The notes beneath the pieces are model-generated. The model saw nothing but the letters and a program-made list of their open reading frames with translations, was not told the origin of the DNA and searched no databases. A stretch of 64,000 nucleotides of DNA, from IMG/VR virus record IMGVR_UViG_3300019124_000001, positions 99,788 to 163,787 of that record; one strand, given 5' to 3'. The translations under genes and the position numbers were made by a program. The stretch is from a virus. Lineage: Duplodnaviria; Caudoviricetes. This document shows, one piece after another, positions 58,404 through 64,000 of this stretch. Position 1 is the stretch's first letter. Every line of letters starts with the position of its first letter.

Positions 58404-59417
58404 TTATGAAACAGTGTAGACACCGTATGCGTTGTTAAACACAGTCGCAACACCATACTGAGTTAAGAACATGTGTTCAATGCTCATATCCAAGTTTTCA
58501 GTACCACTAGATACTTCCTTAATCATGGATTGACCTTCGCGAACAACCTTGACAGGCTTGTTGTCAGTAGCTAGTACCATCAGAACGTTATCATCCAACT
58601 TGAAGTCAAAAGTGTTACGCTTGAACACTTGTGGAATTTCAAGCAAAGGAACGCCGTCGAATACGTTCAAGTAGCCTTGCTGGTTCAGAATGTCAAGCAT
58701 GTTCTGAGAAGCCATGAACGGTGTGCCCGTATAAGAACCAGTAATTTTCTTCAACGCATTACGTGTACCAGCAATAACTAAAGGCTTGTAGTTATTAGCT
58801 ACAGATACGTGTTGGATCAAGTCGCTCATAGCGTTTGCGTCGAATGAGCCAGTTTTCTTGAACTGCGTTGGCAAGTATTGCGTTGCGCCCAAGAAACCAG
58901 TGTAAATATCTTCTGCCAACTTCAATTGAACTGCTTCTTGCAGTTTGTTTACAAGACCTGCCCAATCCAAACGTCCAGTTACAAAACGAAGGAAGTCGCC
59001 ATATACAGCCGCACCATAGACCTTAGTGTCTACGTGGAAGGACTGACCTACGTTCAACTTCTGACGACGCAGATTCCAGTGTCCATGTGCCACTTCGGAA
59101 ATGAATAGAGTTGTACGGTCTTCTACGTAAAACTCATTACGATCACCCAGATTTAGATCACGATATTCAACAAACTGATCGAAAAATCGAGTCTGCGTGA
59201 TGCCTTTGGTGATCAAGTCATCCAGAACTTCTTCCAGAATTGCATAGATTTGCGGAGCATGTGCGCGAAACTCTCGTGGATTTGGCTTGTCTGTTCCCAT
59301 CAATTCAATAAACTCTTTGCGAATAACTTCGGAAACTTCGCCAACCGAATACTGCGTTACGTTTCCTTTATAGCCATCGACGCAAAGTTTAACCAATGCT
59401 TCTTTTTCGAATGCCAT
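58404..59417 (-). CDS. Major capsid protein
   Basis: 337 aa, HK97-like size and position, followed by hairpin 58376-58395. Confidence 0.85.
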   Translation of the reverse strand: MAFEKEALVKLCVDGYKGNVTQYSVGEVSEVIRKEFIELMGTDKPNPREFRAHAPQIYAILEEVLDDLITKGITQTRFFDQFVEYRDLNLGDRNEFYVEDRTTLFISEVAHGHWNLRRQKLNVGQSFHVDTKVYGAAVYGDFLRFVTGRLDWAGLVNKLQEAVQLKLAEDIYTGFLGATQYLPTQFKKTGSFDANAMSDLIQHVSVANNYKPLVIAGTRNALKKITGSYTGTPFMASQNMLDILNQQGYLNVFDGVPLLEIPQVFKRNTFDFKLDDNVLMVLATDNKPVKVVREGQSMIKEVSSGTENLDMSIEHMFLTQYGVATVFNNAYGVYTVS

Positions 59418-59468
59418 TGTTGTGTACCTCCTAGTCGGAAAATTCCGTAAATTATTGACGTACCAGAA

Positions 59469-60008
59469 TTAGTTCTGGATAACGTCAACTACAACAAACT
59501 TGTTAATACGTGCAATAGTTCCATTGGAACCAATCACAGTCGAAGTGCCCCATTGTTCGAGATCAGCGATCTTACCAACAAATCCTTCTGTACCATCCAA
59601 CGTAGTTACTTCCTTCAACTTGAAAGAACCAGCTTGTGTTACAAGGTAGTTATTTTTCGTTGGTGTAGCACCGATCAAATCAACTACATCGTAAGTGATA
59701 GAGAACATATCTCCACGAGCCAAACGATAAGCACGTGCCGCTTTGCCAGCCTTAATGAAGAAGTTCTCCAACGCATAATCTGTGCGTAGGTACTCCGAGT
59801 AGTTAATTTCAGGGTTTGCGATCAAAACGATCTTTGCAGTTCTGTCGGTTGGTTGTGTCAAAACGCGAAGTTCGCGTTCGCCAGCTTTTAGGTCGCCTGC
59901 CACCCCAACGAAACCGTTCTGCAAGTCTCCTGCTTCGTAAACAACAGATTCGATTTCACCAGTACGCACTGCACGTACTTTATCAAGACGAACGATACCG
60001 TATGCCAT
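59469..60008 (-). CDS. Capsid decoration/structural protein
   Basis: Position between scaffold and MCP; G...RAY.L..GD.F. Confidence 0.7.
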   Translation of the reverse strand: MAYGIVRLDKVRAVRTGEIESVVYEAGDLQNGFVGVAGDLKAGERELRVLTQPTDRTAKIVLIANPEINYSEYLRTDYALENFFIKAGKAARAYRLARGDMFSITYDVVDLIGATPTKNNYLVTQAGSFKLKEVTTLDGTEGFVGKIADLEQWGTSTVIGSNGTIARINKFVVVDVIQN

Positions 60009-60049
60009 TACTTGTTACCTCCAATTGGTATTTATATTTTCTGAAAACA

Positions 60050-61717
60050 TTATAAGCGTTTGCCTAAATGTTTTTCTAGAATATGAGAGTATGGTTTATC
60101 GGCGTTGATGGTTACTGATACACCCATTACGCCACTCTTAGCAAAGGTTGTTTCTGGCTTCTGTGCTGTGAAATTGCCATTTCCAGCAATTGCCTTCGCT
60201 CCAAAGATAGCCAAAAGTTCCTTTCGGACATCATCAGCAGACATTTCTGCGCTCGATTCACGAACTTGCGCGATTTCTTCTTCAGATAGTCGAGTTGCAA
60301 ATTCTGTGAACACTGCCTCGCGCTCTTGTTCTATAATTTTAGCTTTAAACGAACGAAGTTCATTTAATTCTGCTTCCAAATTAGAAACAGATTCTCGCAA
60401 AACAGTAATTTCATTGTCTGCTGTAAAACTGGAACGCACTTCATTTTCGCGTCGAGCCAACATGTATTCCATGTGTTCTCTCGTCACAAAATCTGTTCCA
60501 ACAGGCGCTTCTTCCGAATTCTGCATTGGAACCCATTCTGCTTTATAGCGTTGCACTGCATCAAAATTGATAGCAACAGCATCACCATTTACTGAAAAGT
60601 CGATTCCAACATAATAATCGTTGTCAACGTCATAGCAAATAACCTTATTTGACTCTGGCAAACTATCAACATACCAAAAAGCCTGATATGTGATATTTAC
60701 ATCGTCTTGATATGCTTTGCGGAAGTCACGCAAAACACGACGAAGTTCTTCCGTCATCTGCGAAGAAGATAGTGAGAACTCCGTTTGAACTTCCTCTTCG
60801 CCTTCGGCTATTACTGTTTTATCTTCTTCATCATCAGCAGTAAATTCAACGTTGTCTTCCATTGAAGCCTCTTCATCCTGAATTGCAACTTCGGAATTGT
60901 CCTTAAATTCTTTTAATTTTGCTTCCAGTTCTTCGACAGAAATGGCTTCAAGGTCAATCCCCTTTTCGGCAATCATTTCTTCTGTGAAGGAGAACTTTTG
61001 CAATAGTTCTAATTTTTCTGGCATTTGTCCAACCTCCTCTTTTGTATTAGTCATGGAAGAAAACAGCACTTCTTTCAACTCGCGCATTTGCTCTTGTACG
61101 AATTCCATAAAGCGACTCATTGTAAAATAGATTTCACCAGTAGACGAATTCATTGCTGGCAAAACACCAGTTCCAAGCAAACATGCCCCATCAAATTCAA
61201 AGCGCGAGAAGTGGAACAAGCCATCGTTTTTATATTCACCCGAGAACACGTCTGAAAGTTCCATACTATGATTTTTAACTTTGTCGCGCTCAATAATATC
61301 AACTGCGTCTGAAAATTTCTTCCAAACAAGCCCTTCAACGGTTAAATACTCTCGTTCGATACCATCGTCTCCGATTCTCATTTCCCACTTCGGGTTACAA
61401 GATTCAGGTATAATCCCAAACGCCTGACCGATGTACTTGATTTTGTACTGCCCATCTTCTTTCACTACTATGCTTCGATGATCGGTGAAATCTTTGTTAC
61501 CATATTTGTCTTCTTCAATAAATCCCAAAATAGGAGTGTTGTAAAGTGTTGGCAACGCTTGTTCCACGACTTCTTTCGTGAAATAGCTTTTGTTTCGATT
61601 TTTCCCAGTATGCATCAACCAAAACTTCATTCGAATAAAACGAGAGTCTTGATGACTAACACCTTGGGACTCGAAATATACAGGAATCGACCTACATACC
61701 GCATTCATCACTTTCAC
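60050..61717 (-). CDS. Prohead protease fused to scaffold
   Basis: N-terminal G.N.N.S, HSMEL, CLLG..V.PAM; acidic coiled-coil C-terminus. Confidence 0.8.
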   Translation of the reverse strand: MKVMNAVCRSIPVYFESQGVSHQDSRFIRMKFWLMHTGKNRNKSYFTKEVVEQALPTLYNTPILGFIEEDKYGNKDFTDHRSIVVKEDGQYKIKYIGQAFGIIPESCNPKWEMRIGDDGIEREYLTVEGLVWKKFSDAVDIIERDKVKNHSMELSDVFSGEYKNDGLFHFSRFEFDGACLLGTGVLPAMNSSTGEIYFTMSRFMEFVQEQMRELKEVLFSSMTNTKEEVGQMPEKLELLQKFSFTEEMIAEKGIDLEAISVEELEAKLKEFKDNSEVAIQDEEASMEDNVEFTADDEEDKTVIAEGEEEVQTEFSLSSSQMTEELRRVLRDFRKAYQDDVNITYQAFWYVDSLPESNKVICYDVDNDYYVGIDFSVNGDAVAINFDAVQRYKAEWVPMQNSEEAPVGTDFVTREHMEYMLARRENEVRSSFTADNEITVLRESVSNLEAELNELRSFKAKIIEQEREAVFTEFATRLSEEEIAQVRESSAEMSADDVRKELLAIFGAKAIAGNGNFTAQKPETTFAKSGVMGVSVTINADKPYSHILEKHLGKRL

Positions 61718-61729
61718 CTCCCTTTGCCG

Positions 61730-63202
61730 TTATGACTGTTGCTTATTGCGACTCTTAATACCTTCGGTGCTCAATTTGTCATCTGGTTTCTTCGGTGCAC
61801 CACCATCTTTTCCATTTTGAGTGTGGCTAGATTGAAGTGGAACTAAAGTCTCATGAAGGTTAAGGACATCGTTTTCAAGGAAAGTCATATTCAGCATTGC
61901 GGATGGAGAAAGACCTAAAACTGCCACTGCCATCATTTTAACAGGCAATCCAACGGTTGCACCTTCCAGAATCATTTCAAATGTTTCTTTCTGATTGTGG
62001 TGTGTCACGTTAAGCAGTTGAGTCTTGAATGGCGCGTTTTTTAATGAATTTTCCTTCTTAGCGCGTCGATTCAACCAACGTTCGACTTGAGTCAACCATG
62101 CAAATACAAGTGCTTCGTCTGTAATTAGAGAAGCCCCAACTCCCACTGCTGTAGATGAGTCTGTATTGAACAAAATTTGACTTACGCCAATCTTCGTATA
62201 TAAGTCTCGTTCTGCGGCGGCAACGTTATCCACATCAATCTTATCTTTACTGAAAGAAAAACTCTGGATTTTCATTGGAGAAGTAATAAGTCCAACATGT
62301 TCTGGTAACGCTTCAGTTGCCTTGTTGTGGAATTGCATTGCTGTATCCAAGTCGATCTTAAAGTCGTTGGCGTTCTGCGACTTTTCATCCATTGGAATTT
62401 GTTGAGCCAAAACAGCATAGTTACTAATTTCTTCCTTAATTTTACGCAAGTTTTTAAAGTCTTCAATTTCAAAAAGTTCTTCAAAAATACCCACAAATGG
62501 CGGAAGACCATAAATTCTATCTTCATTGACTTTAAGTACAATTTGACGATCTGTACTTAGCTCTTGCCAGCGATAATTTATCGGGTCTTGCGCGAACAAT
62601 TGGTAGCGAGCCTGAAACTCTTCGGGAAACATGTGTAGCTTCATCTCATATGGACGAGAACCAAAATAGTTGAAGTCGAATGCGAAGTTAAAAACTCCAT
62701 CTTCCATGCTACTAATAGCACAGTAATCAGGGTCTAGCATCATGAATTGCATCGAATCTCCATTACGAACTTCGTAACCATAGAATACATCATCTCTCCA
62801 TGCAACAAGCGATGCCTTTTTAAACTCATGCTTCAAATTGAATGTTTCGATGAAATCAGCAAAACGTTGGAATTGGGTTTTCATGGTCTTCGGCTTGACC
62901 TTGGATGTATCGACACCAGTAGGAACAACTATATAAGACCACGTAGGCATTAGTGCAAAGTGTTCAACCAAGCGCATATAGTGTGTACTACGCGCATACA
63001 AGAATTGACTTAACTGTCGAAGCTGACGTTCATATGAATGCGGATTCTTCAGCATTCTTCGAACATCTTCACGCGTATAGTTCGCAACGAAGTTATTATA
63101 AACTTTGCTACGTTTCAAGTCTTTAACTACCATTCTGGCAATCGCTTTGTAATCCAATGGAACCGTACTGTAAATATTGTTCTTTGCTTTCTTGCCCCTC
63201 AA
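61730..63202 (-). CDS. Portal protein
   Basis: 490 aa after terminase; PL.SSHTQ.G..GG.P C-terminus. Confidence 0.85.
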   Translation of the reverse strand: MRGKKAKNNIYSTVPLDYKAIARMVVKDLKRSKVYNNFVANYTREDVRRMLKNPHSYERQLRQLSQFLYARSTHYMRLVEHFALMPTWSYIVVPTGVDTSKVKPKTMKTQFQRFADFIETFNLKHEFKKASLVAWRDDVFYGYEVRNGDSMQFMMLDPDYCAISSMEDGVFNFAFDFNYFGSRPYEMKLHMFPEEFQARYQLFAQDPINYRWQELSTDRQIVLKVNEDRIYGLPPFVGIFEELFEIEDFKNLRKIKEEISNYAVLAQQIPMDEKSQNANDFKIDLDTAMQFHNKATEALPEHVGLITSPMKIQSFSFSKDKIDVDNVAAAERDLYTKIGVSQILFNTDSSTAVGVGASLITDEALVFAWLTQVERWLNRRAKKENSLKNAPFKTQLLNVTHHNQKETFEMILEGATVGLPVKMMAVAVLGLSPSAMLNMTFLENDVLNLHETLVPLQSSHTQNGKDGGAPKKPDDKLSTEGIKSRNKQQS

Positions 63203-63215
63203 TTCAACTCACCTC

Positions 63216-64000
63216 CTACCTGTCGAAAATAGACCTTGGCTTACGGACAGCGAAATATTTCCAAGCATCTCCACGCTCTTGTCGTCTAATCTGATTTTCC
63301 CGTTCTAATGTGTAGATGTACCACAGGCAATACTCGAATGCAGAGAATTTGTCTTTTTGAATCTTCTTGGAAATCTGCTCTACTATGATCTGATTATTGT
63401 TCTGTTTGTGTTCAAGGTTCATAATCTCTTCGCATAGAAGATCGACCATGCGGAATCCTTGAACTTCTTTAACCATCAATTCTGCATCCTTTTTCACGCT
63501 GTTCGGTAATGCCGCTATTGCTTGCGACTCACTGTATGGCATCTTGATTCGTTGTTGCGATATAGCCTGAATAAACACGCTATGAATGTCAGAAGCCTTC
63601 ATTTCACGTTTATTGGTGGACATTGCATAAATCAGAGGTAAGCTATTCTCCAACTTCCATCTATCCCAAGTTTCATCATTTACAACGCTGTAGGGAGGGT
63701 TTTCGTCAATTTCAAGAACCAAGTAGTCAACTAAGCCTTTACCGACACCGTTGGCATCGACTACAAGCATACGAGCTTTGAAGTCATTGACTTTTCGCTT
63801 CAAGAATAATGCTTGCTCACGGAAGTGCGAACCCTTGAAACTGTAAATATTAACTAAGTGTTGTACATAAGTGCCATCTCCACGTGGTTTGATTTTGATT
63901 ACACATAAAGCACAACTTGCCGCTTGTGCGCCTTCAGCACGAGCAACGTCATATGATAAGATGTAATCGACATCTTTTTCTCCACTATGCTTGTTTTCAG
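63216..64000 (-). CDS. Terminase large subunit, C-terminal nuclease part (truncated by window edge)
   Basis: SYDVAR, VDANGVG, KDKFSAFEY motifs; frame open to the window end. Confidence 0.85.
   Translation of the reverse strand, partial: ENKHSGEKDVDYILSYDVARAEGAQAASCALCVIKIKPRGDGTYVQHLVNIYSFKGSHFREQALFLKRKVNDFKARMLVVDANGVGKGLVDYLVLEIDENPPYSVVNDETWDRWKLENSLPLIYAMSTNKREMKASDIHSVFIQAISQQRIKMPYSESQAIAALPNSVKKDAELMVKEVQGFRMVDLLCEEIMNLEHKQNNNQIIVEQISKKIQKDKFSAFEYCLWYIYTLERENQIRRQERGDAWKYFAVRKPRSIFDR

Larger units (their letters stand above)
1..64000. mobile_element. Part of a large temperate-type siphovirus/prophage genome (SPbeta-like organisation)
   Basis: Terminase-portal-protease-capsid-tail-TMP-Dit-Tal-fibre-lysis block on - strand converging on a phage DNA-metabolism arm on + strand; no host housekeeping operons or att site seen. 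Confidence 0.93.

Noticed and set aside
592-63232. Numerous antisense and nested ORFs in the track
   Set aside because: Shadow frames of well-supported genes, without RBS or recognisable motifs

Overview
A 64-kb segment of a large siphovirus/prophage of a Bacillales host (SPbeta-like organisation; host assignment is inference). Bases 1-33115 are a + strand early/replication arm: three tandem Ser/Thr-type kinases, RecJ, an HD alarmone hydrolase, a nucleotidyltransferase, nrdI-E-F-H, ThyX, a C5-methyltransferase homologue, PcfJ-like protein, ATP-dependent ligase, thymidine kinase, RNase H, DnaE, a RuvC-like resolvase, SprT and many small genes. Bases 33132-64000 are a - strand late arm: terminase, portal, protease/scaffold, capsid, neck, tail, a tyrosine recombinase, tape measure, Dit, Tal, fibres and lysis genes. 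The arms meet at a bidirectional terminator. Highlights not visible in the ORF track: (1) a 273-nt tRNA-like RNA (17216-16944) with a tRNA-Leu-type shell, no G3.U70, and a tmRNA-like interior with a candidate tag (SLIFILRW*), about 1 kb from a 55-aa BrfA-like ribosome-rescue ORF; (2) palindromic TAGATRAAA-N6-TTTYATCTA sites that carry the upstream stop codon and abut the next RBS, resembling integron-like cassette boundaries, with an intact tyrosine recombinase in the genome; (3) 12 co-oriented ACAAACAACAACTATGTATGG boxes in promoter spacers and at RBSs; (4) a methyltransferase whose catalytic Cys is replaced by Asn. All calls are by eye, with no database searches.
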